64,000 nt of DNA from Thermoplasmata archaeon (lineage in GTDB: Archaea > Thermoplasmatota > Thermoplasmata > Thermoplasmatales > GCA-001856825), in assembly GCA_021792255.1 (NCBI GenBank), contig JAJYUZ010000005.1:21115-85114 (forward strand). Reading direction: 5' to 3'. Of this stretch, positions 28,290 to 38,690 are shown piece by piece; position 1 is the stretch's first letter; each line of letters begins with the position of its first letter. The notes under the pieces were generated by a model. That model was given only the letters and a program-made list of their open reading frames with translations. It ran no database searches and was not told where the DNA came from. Both the position numbers and the translations under genes were made by a program.

Positions 28290-28597
28290 TATTCCTCCTT
28301 GTATCAGACGTAGCCGATCTTACTGAGGTCTTGGGTTCATTTCTTGCGGTTATCCAATCAGGCGCTGAACTTCAAACAGTTACCTTCCCTTGTAAGTTTG
28401 TATTTCTCAATGGTCGCATTGAATGAAACGTTATCGGTTGTCTTTCCGCTATCGGGTATCCGTTGCTTAGTCTGCGCCGTATATCATTCTTCCATTCTAG
28501 AAATTTTTCCGGTTTCGAACGGTTCCTTATATCTTTCTACTCGTTATCAGTTGTCATTTTATAGAAAATTTATAAAGTTATTGTTAATCCTCTGGCT

Positions 28598-29527
28598 ATG
28601 GCAGGGGCACTTGTTTCGGGTGGAAATGGTTTCTTGGGATCACATTTGGTTGAAAAACTACTTAAAGAGTGTCTTGAAATTACAGTTGTGGATGACCTAT
28701 CTACTATGGAGGAAATGAATTTGCCAAAAGACGTTCGATTTGTGAAAAAGAAAATTGAGAATTTCAAAACTGAAGAAAAATTCGACTATGTGATTCATAT
28801 GGCCGCAAGACCTTCGCCTGAAGACTACATCCAGAATCCGATTGATACTTTGATGTCTAATTCAAAGGGTACTAAGGTGATGCTGGACATAGCGCGATTG
28901 TCTAACGCAGTTTTTCTGTATACTTCTTCTTCAGAAGTGTATGGGGAAGCTTCCACAATCCCCACGCCTGAGAGCTACTTCGGATACGTTAACAGCATCG
29001 GTCCGAGGAGCTGTTATGATGAAGGGAAAAGGTATTCCGAATCTCTAATTATGGCTTATTACAGACAGTTCAATCTAGACGTAAGAATAGAGAGACCGTT
29101 CAACGTGTATGGACCCAGGATTAGGGCTGACGGATTTTATGGCAGGGTCATACCAAGGTTCGTTACATCGGCATTAAATGATAAAGACTTAATAATCTAC
29201 GGGGATGGTCAACAGACTCGCTCCTTCCTATACGTTAACGATTGGGTCGATGCCACTTGGACCTTTCTGACAGAAAGGAATCTTTCCGGCCAATTTATTA
29301 ACGTAGGATCAAGGGATGAGATTACAATTAACGATCTCGCTGAGAAAATTGTGAACATCACCTCCTCTCAATCGAAAATTGTCAGGGTAGAAGGTAGACA
29401 AGATGATCCCAGAAGGCGTGCAGCAGATATTACCAAAGCTGGGGAATTATTAAAATGGAAGTCAATGACGAGCCTAGATGAGGGGCTTCGCCAGACCATA
29501 AGTTGGTTCAAGGGGAGAGAGATATGA
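28598..29527 (+). CDS. UDP-glucuronate decarboxylase (UDP-xylose synthase)-like SDR
   Basis: GGNGFLGS, SSSEVYG, VNSIGPRSCYDEGKR, FNVYGPR, GQQTRSFLYV, DDPRRR. Confidence 0.85.
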   Translation: MAGALVSGGNGFLGSHLVEKLLKECLEITVVDDLSTMEEMNLPKDVRFVKKKIENFKTEEKFDYVIHMAARPSPEDYIQNPIDTLMSNSKGTKVMLDIARLSNAVFLYTSSSEVYGEASTIPTPESYFGYVNSIGPRSCYDEGKRYSESLIMAYYRQFNLDVRIERPFNVYGPRIRADGFYGRVIPRFVTSALNDKDLIIYGDGQQTRSFLYVNDWVDATWTFLTERNLSGQFINVGSRDEITINDLAEKIVNITSSQSKIVRVEGRQDDPRRRAADITKAGELLKWKSMTSLDEGLRQTISWFKGREI

Positions 29528-30747
29528 AGATTTCTGTGGTAGGACTAGGATTTGTTGGCCTAGTTACCTCAGTGGTACTCTCTAGGGCTGGTAATAACGT
29601 TATTTGCATAGATACCGATGAATCAAAGATAAATAGACTGAACAAAGGGGAGCTATACATATACGAACCGAAGCTAGATTCCTTGTTTACAGATCAAAAA
29701 AGTAAGATGAGATTTGAAACTGATTACTCTGACGTAAAGGGGAGCGACTTGACTTTCGTTTGCGTTCCGACACCAACAGTGAACGGCCGGAGCGACCTAT
29801 CGTTTGTTCGAGATGCTGTAACAAGAACAGGCAAAGTGGATAGAGAAACAATAATTGTTATAAAAAGCACAGTTCTTCCAGGAACAGCTAAATCTCTTTC
29901 CTCTGCCATTAGCAATAGGATAATTTCCAATCCTGAATTTCTTAGAGAGGGTTCAGCCGTAGATGATACACTACATCCTGACAGGATAGTGATCGGAGGA
30001 AGGGATAATGCGGCTTTGGACAAGGTTGAGGGGGCTTGGAGATTCTGCGGATCACCCATAGTCAGAACGACAAATGAGAATGCAGAGCTTATAAAGTATG
30101 CATCTAACTCATTTCTTGCTGCGAAGATTTCTTTTATAAACGAAATATCTGACCTCTGCGAGAGAATTCCAGGTACGGATGTAGAAATTATTGCAAAAGG
30201 AATGGGGTTGGACCACAGGATAGGAAGAGAATTCCTCAGGGCAGGGCTAGGGTTCGGCGGTTCCTGCTTTCCAAAAGATACCCGAGCGATAGCAGAATAT
30301 GCGAATAAAATAGGGACTAGACTGTCCATAGTCGAATCCGCAATTGACGTCAATGAAAGAAGGGTCGAAAGGGGAGTTAAAATCATAGAGAATACAATGG
30401 GCAGTCTTAACGGTAAGAGGATATGCCTGCTTGGTTTGAGCTTCAAAGAAAACACAAACGACCTGAGGGAGTCGAGGGCGTTGGACTTAGCAAGGGCGCT
30501 TAGAGAAAGAGGTGCACTAGTCTATGCATATGATCCGGTCATAAAAGACATTGAAGGCATTGGAACACTGAGAAGTGCTGAGGAATGTGATGGCATGGAT
30601 TGCGTTGTTGTTTCTTCGGAATGGAAAGAGTTTGAAGACCTACCGCTGTTCAAACGAGCTAACAATGTGATAGATCTTAAGAGGATTGTGAATACTGCGA
30701 CTAATCCAAGTGTCAAGTCAATAGGGGTTGGATATGCAAAGAATTAG
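29524..30747 (+). CDS. ugd: UDP-glucose/GDP-mannose 6-dehydrogenase
   Basis: GLGFVG, CVPTP, KSTVLPGT, NPEFLREG, KYASNSFLA.KISFINE, GFGGSCFPKD. Confidence 0.9.
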   Translation: MKISVVGLGFVGLVTSVVLSRAGNNVICIDTDESKINRLNKGELYIYEPKLDSLFTDQKSKMRFETDYSDVKGSDLTFVCVPTPTVNGRSDLSFVRDAVTRTGKVDRETIIVIKSTVLPGTAKSLSSAISNRIISNPEFLREGSAVDDTLHPDRIVIGGRDNAALDKVEGAWRFCGSPIVRTTNENAELIKYASNSFLAAKISFINEISDLCERIPGTDVEIIAKGMGLDHRIGREFLRAGLGFGGSCFPKDTRAIAEYANKIGTRLSIVESAIDVNERRVERGVKIIENTMGSLNGKRICLLGLSFKENTNDLRESRALDLARALRERGALVYAYDPVIKDIEGIGTLRSAEECDGMDCVVVSSEWKEFEDLPLFKRANNVIDLKRIVNTATNPSVKSIGVGYAKN

Positions 30748-31537
30748 AAAGGCTGTGATCCCTGCAGCAGGTTACGGAAAGAGGTTCTATCCGCTCACCA
30801 GAGCTCAGCCCAAGGAGATGCTTCCAGTTCTCGACAAGCCGGTCATTCACTACGTCGTAGAGGAGGCAGTGTCGTCGGGACTAGATGAAATACTGATCAT
30901 AGTTGGAGCAGGAAAGGACGCAATAATAAATTACTTTGACAAGAACAAAATGGACGACGAGCTTGACAATTACGGTTTCAAAGGAATGCCCGATATTTAC
31001 TTCGTAAGACAGAAAGAGCAGAAGGGACTGGGTGACGCGATAAGGTATGCAAAAAATTTCACAGGCGACGATGACTTTGTAGTTCTTCTAGGCGATACAA
31101 TTTACAAATCAGAAACAGAAAGGACGGTAACTTCGCAGTTGATAAATCTGTACGAAAAGACGGGTTCCCCTTCGATTATCGTTGAAAGGGTAAAAGCGGA
31201 AAAAATAAGAGATTACGGTATTGTTGACGGTGAAAAAGTCTCGGATGATGTCTTCAGGGTTAGATCTATTGTAGAAAAACCCGATCCATCCGACTCGCCC
31301 AGCGACTTAGGAGTCACGGGTATATACATTCTAGGTCCATACATTTATGAATGTCTGGAGAACATACCTCTAGGAAGGAACGGAGAATACCAGCTAAGCG
31401 ATGCATACAATCTGCTCGTAAAGAAAATGGATGTGTTCGCACTGATCATGAAAGGCAAGAGATACGATATAGGAACGAAGGAACTGTGGATAAAGACTTT
31501 TATAGAGTTCGCAAGCAAGCACGGCGGATACGGATGA
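30734..31537 (+). CDS. galU: UTP-glucose-1-phosphate uridylyltransferase
   Basis: KAVIPAAGYGKRFYPLTRAQPKEMLP, RQKEQKGLGDA, VEKP, GEYQLSDA. Confidence 0.9.
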   Translation: MQRIRKAVIPAAGYGKRFYPLTRAQPKEMLPVLDKPVIHYVVEEAVSSGLDEILIIVGAGKDAIINYFDKNKMDDELDNYGFKGMPDIYFVRQKEQKGLGDAIRYAKNFTGDDDFVVLLGDTIYKSETERTVTSQLINLYEKTGSPSIIVERVKAEKIRDYGIVDGEKVSDDVFRVRSIVEKPDPSDSPSDLGVTGIYILGPYIYECLENIPLGRNGEYQLSDAYNLLVKKMDVFALIMKGKRYDIGTKELWIKTFIEFASKHGGYG

Positions 31538-31668
31538 AGTTAATGTCAAATGTGCTTGTTACAGCGGGAGCAGGGTTCATCGGGAGTTCCAGTGTTGACA
31601 TGCTCGTGGAAGAAGGGTGTTACGCTAGTCTGATAGACAACTTTGAAAGATGCGTTCATAGGGAGTAA
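31534..31668 (+). pseudogene. Truncated NAD-dependent epimerase (N-terminal Rossmann segment only)
   Basis: MKLMSNVLVTAGAGFIGSSSVDMLVEEG...LIDNF then stop; ATGA-coupled to galU. Confidence 0.7.
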
Positions 31669-31837
31669 GAAGTCAGTTCCTCGTGCTTAATAGTGATTTT
31701 TTCCCAAACATAGTCTCAGTAACATGAGTGCCATATAAGTTAAAATATCTGGCCAACTAGAGAAAGTATTCACATATCTGTTGATATTCATTTGGCTTCG
31801 TGCCAAATATTATTAAGATGAGTTCTTATAGAACAAT

Positions 31838-32992
31838 ATGACGCTCAAAGTAGCATTCATTATGTTCAGCAATCTAAGTGTAGGTAGAGGTACAGAGAAT
31901 ATTGTGATGCAGTACTGCAAATTTTCTCCCTCCGACGTGGACATCACGATATTTCAGACAGATTTTCCGAGAGGCGAGGTTCAAGAAAAAGATTTTGACT
32001 TTGGATTATCCAAGCCCAAAATAGTCACGTTAAGAGGATTCGATCAGAGGTCAATTTTTCCTTCGAGGTCAATAGTGGTATTGGCCCTAACTCTTTATGT
32101 AAGATATCCCTTTCTTTTTTTAGCTTTAAGATTTATAAAAGAATATCGAGAAATGAGAAAGCAACTCAAGGATTTTGATGTCGTTTATGTGTTCGGAAAC
32201 TATTGGTCTTCGCTAGTTCCAAGAGGGCCTATAGTTGTCGGCTCGCCTCAAGGTTGGGAGCCGGAAAGAATCGGGGTTCTCAAGGCGCTAAACACATCAA
32301 TTATTGGTAATGGACTCATATGGAGAAGAATTGATTATTTTCATTTGTTTCCTAGAAATAGCTGGTTTCTTGAAAGATATAACAAAAAAGGATTTGTCTT
32401 AGGCAATGGAAGCAGGTTATTATCCAGTTCGTCCGAAACCATTAAAGAAAACAATAAATTGGAATTTTGCTTTTTAGGCGCTCTTGAGGAATGTAAAGGC
32501 ACTCTCACAGCTGTTAAGGCGTTTGAACTCCTAAGAGAGAGGGTAAGAGACAGGGAATTGGAGCTTCACTTAGTTGGGAGTGGTCCTCTCTTAAACGAGA
32601 TCGAGGAAGGACAAGGGATGGTAAAGCACGGATTTATAGGCAACAAGAAAGAATTGCAGTCAATATTGAGTTCTTCAGATTGTTTCATTTATCCAACCAC
32701 CTGTGATACATTTGCTTTAGTTGTTATCGAGGCTTTGTCCGCAGGCACATATGCGATTGTATCAGACAGACTGCGGGGGGTTTATGATAAATTTGAATAT
32801 ATGGGGGTACTGGAATACTGTCCGCCAACAGCTCATGCACTGGCTGATCAAATGCAGAATTTTTTAGCTAAAAGTGTGCCAAAGAAAAATTTTGACATCG
32901 CACGCCAGTTGATTCTAAGAGAGTATTCGTGGGAATCTATCACGGAAAAACTATTTGCAGAATTTAGGAAGTTAGTCAAAGAAAATTCTTGA
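31838..32992 (+). CDS. GT4 (GT-B) glycosyltransferase
   Basis: FLGALEECKG, LVGSGP, DTFALVVIEALSAG, YSWE. Confidence 0.85.
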   Translation: MTLKVAFIMFSNLSVGRGTENIVMQYCKFSPSDVDITIFQTDFPRGEVQEKDFDFGLSKPKIVTLRGFDQRSIFPSRSIVVLALTLYVRYPFLFLALRFIKEYREMRKQLKDFDVVYVFGNYWSSLVPRGPIVVGSPQGWEPERIGVLKALNTSIIGNGLIWRRIDYFHLFPRNSWFLERYNKKGFVLGNGSRLLSSSSETIKENNKLEFCFLGALEECKGTLTAVKAFELLRERVRDRELELHLVGSGPLLNEIEEGQGMVKHGFIGNKKELQSILSSSDCFIYPTTCDTFALVVIEALSAGTYAIVSDRLRGVYDKFEYMGVLEYCPPTAHALADQMQNFLAKSVPKKNFDIARQLILREYSWESITEKLFAEFRKLVKENS

Positions 32993-33928
32993 CCTTCTTC
33001 TAACTTGGAAAGTCTATGTTCTACATTTTTCTCATCCTTTTAACCAGACGCATTTAACCAATACTGGTGATAACCTGCGCGATGGCGAGACTGCAATAAG
33101 TCTGAACATGACTTTCGATCTTTGATGTTCTGAAGTCTAGGACTATTCGTGCCTTTAATTGTGTATTGCTGCAATGGGTTGTTGTGGGGAATCTCAACTC
33201 CCCGTCGACAGAGGATGACAGTAATGATGCCGGTATGCTATTCTAGTGGGTCTTCCTTTGTCTCGAATCTGTGTTGAGCAACTATGACATTATAGAGAAG
33301 TATCTCTCTGCAATTTCAATTGTCTTTTCATAGTTACTGTTTACAAGATAAAGGAATACCTTTCGCTTTCCCCTGTTCTTCTTTAGGAATGAGTGGAATA
33401 TTAAAATAAAAGGGAGGTGAAATGGCAGAAACCACTCCTTAATTTATTTCGCCGTTTGTCTCAAACTGCTATAAACACTACATAAGATATATAGACTGCG
33501 AGGAAAGGTGGTAAAGTTGCGGTAAACTATCTTAATTTTTAGCGCTGCCGGATAATAAAATTTTTAACCAGCTTATATACTCAAGTTGCTCAGAATAATA
33601 AATAAGAGCATACGTAGAAGGTCTGACCGATAAGAGATTTTACAAGTCAGTCATAAAAACAAGGAAAAGAGGTTAGGTGACGGGACTTGTTTCTTTATAA
33701 ATTCTTGTCTGAAATTAGGAGAAATATTACCCTTTCATGTATAAAATCTGCGGAATCATTTATTAGGAATAATTGTAATAAAAAGAAGGGAACATAACGG
33801 GTTTAACTTCTAATGTAACCGACATAAATTGCAGTCGATCTTAACTGACACACACATTGGCAGCCGTGCCTTAGTTGCAAGAGAAGATAATTATATCAGG
33901 TAAGCGATACCTTTTACTAGGAACTCGT

Positions 33929-34747
33929 ATGACCGTAGGGGCATATACTTTTGCAACAAGAGACTGGAAGGACCTTGAGTACCCATTGGACCTTTATATC
34001 AAGTGGAACCATCTGCATTTTGATGAAGTAGCAATTTATACTTACGGAAATATAGACATACAATCAGACATACCGTCAAACGTTAAAATAATCCAAGGCA
34101 TTGACCCTCAAAGCAAAGGACTCGATTTCTACCGTTTCGGCTTACACAATGCGATGCGAGAACTTTCCACGGACTGGAAGGTTTACCTTGCACTAGATGA
34201 GTTCATAGAGAGAAGAATAGATACAAGCAATCTTAACCGTCATCTGGCTTATCCCCTGCGTAGAATAGACCTTTATGGTAATGTTCAGACAGCTATAGAA
34301 GGGGCATTTGTTAGATATCAATACTGTATTCATAACGGCAATAGGCGGTTGTTGGGGGACGGTGGTTCTATGATGCCACCGTATTCCGGAAGAATCCATA
34401 TGGATGGGGTTGCTGCCTTTGTAAAACAGCTTATTACTAGGAGGCCAACATACAGGGATGAACCTATATTTACGACAAATTCCTTCCCAGGAACATTATA
34501 CCATACCAATTCTCTCAGATCGCCAGAAAGAATGAGCAAGAAATGGCTACTTCAATTCACACGGGAAATCGATGGCGGAATTAGGAGAGACGATTTCAAT
34601 AATGGACTTAAAAAAGTGCTGCTTAAGCCATTTAGATACGAGGACTATAAACTATACTGGCCTAGGGCGAAGTTGATTCGCGTGGAACCACCAAGCATTA
34701 TTCTTGAAAATAGGGAGCGGTTCGTAAACGTCAACTTGTCCGCCTGA
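33929..34747 (+). CDS. Putative GT-A-like glycosyltransferase or glycan-modifying protein
   Basis: HFDEVAIY, DWKVYLALDEFI (degenerate DxDE); gene context; probable start ATG 33929. Confidence 0.55.
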   Translation: MTVGAYTFATRDWKDLEYPLDLYIKWNHLHFDEVAIYTYGNIDIQSDIPSNVKIIQGIDPQSKGLDFYRFGLHNAMRELSTDWKVYLALDEFIERRIDTSNLNRHLAYPLRRIDLYGNVQTAIEGAFVRYQYCIHNGNRRLLGDGGSMMPPYSGRIHMDGVAAFVKQLITRRPTYRDEPIFTTNSFPGTLYHTNSLRSPERMSKKWLLQFTREIDGGIRRDDFNNGLKKVLLKPFRYEDYKLYWPRAKLIRVEPPSIILENRERFVNVNLSA

Positions 34748-34818
34748 AGTACTCTAAAAAGATGAATAGAAATGGCAAATGAGATATATTTGTTGAAGTT
34801 TCACCTAATAGACGCTTT

Positions 34819-35799
34819 ATGTACGGTCTTTGTTGCCCCTTAGAACAGAATGGAAAAGGTTTGTTCTTGAGCCCTACTGATTATCGTAACAATTACTTCA
34901 TAAGTAACAATATAGAAAGGATTTTAGAGTTTTACGAAGGGTTTGGAAACAGGGAAGAACTAATTGAATGGATGAGGGAAAGACCCAAGGGTCTACCTTA
35001 CGTATACGAGGAGGAAGGAGATAGAGAAATTATTGCAGTAATACCTACTGCCGATTTCAATGGGAAACTTGCTCTGACTTGCAGGGAAGAAGTCTTCAAA
35101 GGTGTTCATATTATATTCGTTGAAAGTGGAGTTGGTAATAATTACTTCAATTATGCGCATAACTGTAACGTTGGGATCATGAAAACTATAGAATACAATC
35201 CAAAATGGGTCGTGGTTTCAAATGATGATATGGTGAAAAAAGAAGAAATTTCAGTCCTCAGAGAGGCTCTGAGGAGCATTGATCCATCGAAGGTCGGAAT
35301 TGTTTACTTCTATCCGAACACAGATTATCATTCAAAGGAAATAAGTGTATCTACGGTCAGGAAGATCAGGTCGGCCGTGAATCCCCTTTTGCCCTACTCA
35401 AGAAGGAAAGCGTTTAATATCCTGAAGAAATTTAAAGTTAAATTCTTCTTGTCTGGGGATTCATTCAAGGACTTTATCTTTTTTATAAGAAAATTCAAAT
35501 TTAAGAACACAATCTCCATTAAGGTCTATTCAGCAGAAATGATTAAAAAATTTATTTCGCGGCTCGGCTACTTTTACGATGAAATGTATGTAAATTGCGG
35601 TGAAGAGGGTGATCTTGCATTAAGAATACAAAGGTCTGGATGGGGAGGGGAAGTAGCAAATTTTAAGATATGGCCGCTCATAGGATCATCATTTGGCAAT
35701 TCAGACAGCAGATACTTGAGAGATCAGGTTGGAAACATCTATTTTTCGAAGAAGTTGGAGGACGAGGGGTATGCCCTACAGGTACTCGTCACACCATAA
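34819..35799 (+). CDS. Putative GT-A-fold glycosyltransferase (paralog of 26091-27077)
   Basis: Shares ELIEWMRERPKG, TADF.GK.A..CR, SNDDMVK and FGNSDSRYLRDQ.GNIYFSKK with the 26-kb copy. Confidence 0.75.
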   Translation: MYGLCCPLEQNGKGLFLSPTDYRNNYFISNNIERILEFYEGFGNREELIEWMRERPKGLPYVYEEEGDREIIAVIPTADFNGKLALTCREEVFKGVHIIFVESGVGNNYFNYAHNCNVGIMKTIEYNPKWVVVSNDDMVKKEEISVLREALRSIDPSKVGIVYFYPNTDYHSKEISVSTVRKIRSAVNPLLPYSRRKAFNILKKFKVKFFLSGDSFKDFIFFIRKFKFKNTISIKVYSAEMIKKFISRLGYFYDEMYVNCGEEGDLALRIQRSGWGGEVANFKIWPLIGSSFGNSDSRYLRDQVGNIYFSKKLEDEGYALQVLVTP

Positions 35800-37876
35800 A
35801 GTACCCGGATTCATTGGGCAAATCATCAACAGAAGGACCATACCGATAATTTTGCTGGTTGCGGGTATTGTGCTTTACAACTATTTCTGGGATATTATGG
35901 CTGGAGCACGTATACTTGCTTTTAACAACTCTATATCTCCAGCAACAGTGTGGGATATGGGCGCATTCTACGGAAGAATCTGGGTATCCATTCACAGCGA
36001 GACCGTGTTGAATTTTGCGTTTGATGTGATACCATCACCGATCACCCTGCTGATGTCGCCATTGTCCCTGATTAAGGACCCGTTCTTTTTTGTGTATCTT
36101 CAGACAGCGTGGATATCAATAACATCAATTCCCATTTTCTTGATTTCCATCAAGAAGCTAAATTCTTCAATTTTGTCCTTGACGCTTTCTGTTTCATTTC
36201 TCTTATTCTTCGGTATTGCGGGGCTCAACTGGTATGATATCCATTTTCAGACCCTATTCCTTCCTTTTTTTACTGGGGGAGTCTGCCTATTCTACTATGG
36301 AAAGTACAAAACATCAGCCTTATTCATGGTTCTGGCCGGCTCAGTTCATGCTTTATTTATGGTCTTCCCTGTTATCTTCTATCTCACCTATCTAATTGAA
36401 CTATTCCTTAAACGAAGGTCATTTATCAGGGTGCGTTTTTCAATTATTGCACCGCTTGTAATCTCCCTTATTTTTTTAATTTCAACTGTATATCTAGATT
36501 ACCATCTAGGGGGGGGCATAGGATTACTTTCAGGTGTCCATTACGCCCAGAACAGCGGTGGCATTTTCCAGCGTCTAGAGAACGAATATATAGATGATAA
36601 GGTATTCACGTTTCTCCTGTACTTGTCTCCGTTTATGATGCTTCCTCTATTGTCAAAGCGCTGGTTGTTTCCGATGCTTTTTTATTTTTATGAACTATTA
36701 TTTGCAAACTCAGGAGTCTTTTTCTTCCCACTTGGGTTGAGAGTCACGGAATCGTCGATGCTTATCCCGTTCCTCTTCCTTGGGACTATTGATGTACTTG
36801 AGCAGATGTCCGGCAGATTGCCAAATGAAAAAGCAAAGAATAACGAGAATGTCAGTGCCGCCAACGAGGCAAGGGCGAATTTTAATCAAACAAAGGCAGA
36901 TGCCAGTCACTCCAAGAAAATTGTTGTCACAATCTTGATCCTCACAGTGTTATTGACTGCAGTCTATCAACCGTACGGCGCTCTTAACAAGTACTCTGAA
37001 GCAGATTTAGGGCTGAGTTCTGTTCTGAATAACAATGCCACACTTTTTGATGTATTCAATGCAATTGTAAGCTTAATACCTCAAAATGACCCATTCGTAC
37101 TGTACCAGAACAACATGCCGGAGGTGGTATTTAGAGACCCATCAACTCTTACGACAGAGTTGTTCGGATATTCTAATAATTTCACATATCCATTCGGTAC
37201 GGCTTATACTAAGCCAATCTGGTCCCAGCGGGTTGATTACGTTATTGCCGATCCCTACCACCCTTACTTTCTGGGTGGAGGAAGCGGAAATTTTTCTTTG
37301 ACAATGTATGACACATTGCAGCATTTCATTTCTCAGGGTGGGTACGGGGTAGAGGCAGAATATGACGGTTTGATTCTTCTGAAGAGGGGTTTCACAGGCA
37401 CTCCTCTGATCTATGGCCCAGAGGACAGGGTTTTTTCTGCAATAGAGCCGGGTACGCCAGATCCTAATGACAGTGCAATAATCAGCTCGTTCTACAGCAA
37501 CGGTGTGGTATATGCGAACGATGCGACCTCCGGTCAGACTGTATGGTATGGGCCTTATACTTTCCTGCAACCGGGTAACTATCTTCTAAGATTAGAGGTA
37601 AGCGCATCCAACATAAGCTATGAAAATTATTTCCAGCTAAGATTTTCATATTTCAACGATACAAACGGAGTGCAAGAAGTTGGTCCCTTGGACGTAAACC
37701 TTTTCAACATTACAGGAAATGATTTTTCTGCTTCCAACAAATTTATTAACATCACTCTAAGGATCACTGCTATGAATTTTATGGAGTTTGTCGAATTTGC
37801 CGGGCAGGATTTTCACTGGAACGGAAACTTTGAGATCAAACAAATAACATTGGTACAGGTGGGTCCGTTATCTTAA
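35771..37876 (+). CDS. DUF2079-like multi-pass membrane protein (putative GT-C) with C-terminal carbohydrate-binding-like domain
   Basis: WDMGAFY, NWYDIHFQTL, about 11 TMs, IPQNDP, WYGPYTFLQPGNY; GAGGGGT SD before ATG 35771. Confidence 0.75.
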   Translation: MPYRYSSHHKVPGFIGQIINRRTIPIILLVAGIVLYNYFWDIMAGARILAFNNSISPATVWDMGAFYGRIWVSIHSETVLNFAFDVIPSPITLLMSPLSLIKDPFFFVYLQTAWISITSIPIFLISIKKLNSSILSLTLSVSFLLFFGIAGLNWYDIHFQTLFLPFFTGGVCLFYYGKYKTSALFMVLAGSVHALFMVFPVIFYLTYLIELFLKRRSFIRVRFSIIAPLVISLIFLISTVYLDYHLGGGIGLLSGVHYAQNSGGIFQRLENEYIDDKVFTFLLYLSPFMMLPLLSKRWLFPMLFYFYELLFANSGVFFFPLGLRVTESSMLIPFLFLGTIDVLEQMSGRLPNEKAKNNENVSAANEARANFNQTKADASHSKKIVVTILILTVLLTAVYQPYGALNKYSEADLGLSSVLNNNATLFDVFNAIVSLIPQNDPFVLYQNNMPEVVFRDPSTLTTELFGYSNNFTYPFGTAYTKPIWSQRVDYVIADPYHPYFLGGGSGNFSLTMYDTLQHFISQGGYGVEAEYDGLILLKRGFTGTPLIYGPEDRVFSAIEPGTPDPNDSAIISSFYSNGVVYANDATSGQTVWYGPYTFLQPGNYLLRLEVSASNISYENYFQLRFSYFNDTNGVQEVGPLDVNLFNITGNDFSASNKFINITLRITAMNFMEFVEFAGQDFHWNGNFEIKQITLVQVGPLS

Positions 37877-37912
37877 ATTGTCAGTATTATTTCAAGGCAA
37901 TATAAGGAGGGA

Positions 37913-38581
37913 TTAGCGAATTAGCTCGGTAGAAACATCGGATATTTCCCTGATGACCTTTGCAGGGTTCCCATATGCCAGGCTATTTTTTTCTATGTCT
38001 CTAGTGACTACAGATCCAGCCCCTATGAGAACATTATCCCCTATATTCACGTCTTCTATGATAGTTGTGCCAGAACCTATCCAGCAGCCCTTTCCTACTT
38101 TTACCCCCCCTGCCATGTTTACGCCGGTCGAAATTGTGGAATAATCTCCAATATTCATATCATGTCCAACGGTGGCGTTCATGTCTATTAGAACAAATTT
38201 TCCGACTTCAACATTTGTCATAATGCCTACCCCAGCCTGTATAACGCTTCCATAACCGATCGATACGTAATCTTCCACGTTTGCAGAAGGGTGAACAAGA
38301 GACTGAAATTTAAATCCCAAAGATATAGATCTCTCTATTGCGTTTCTTCTGTTCGGTCTACCGAGGCCATTCAGAAGAACAACATTTCGCCTATCTACAC
38401 TAAGAATATCAGATTCAGTGATGCACGGCAACCCATTTATTATTTTTCCTTTTTCTTTGTCCAGACCTATGAACCCTCTCACACCTAAGTCAGGAATCGC
38501 CTTCTTTGCTATTGACAAAATCTGTCTCGCTTGTCCGCCCGCACCGACAATGTAATATTCCACCACTTGTATATGATTCAC
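37913..38581 (-). CDS. NeuD/PglD/PerB-family sugar N- or O-acetyltransferase (hexapeptide repeats)
   Basis: IVGAGGQAR, LVHPSA, TVGHD, IGAGSVVTRD, YGNPAK. Confidence 0.88.
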   Translation of the reverse strand: MNHIQVVEYYIVGAGGQARQILSIAKKAIPDLGVRGFIGLDKEKGKIINGLPCITESDILSVDRRNVVLLNGLGRPNRRNAIERSISLGFKFQSLVHPSANVEDYVSIGYGSVIQAGVGIMTNVEVGKFVLIDMNATVGHDMNIGDYSTISTGVNMAGGVKVGKGCWIGSGTTIIEDVNIGDNVLIGAGSVVTRDIEKNSLAYGNPAKVIREISDVSTELIR

Positions 38582-38690
38582 GGCATTAATTTATAGTTTT
38601 CATCAACTCTCGCATAACACAGATTGTGATTCATTTCATCACGCTATCATTTCAGAAAAGGTTGAAATAGCCGAAATATCTCTTAATTGA

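Noticed and set aside
33194-33220. AACTCCCCGTCGACAGAGGATG resembling an IS200/IS605 end
   Set aside because: No complete hairpin and no tnpA/tnpB remnant nearby
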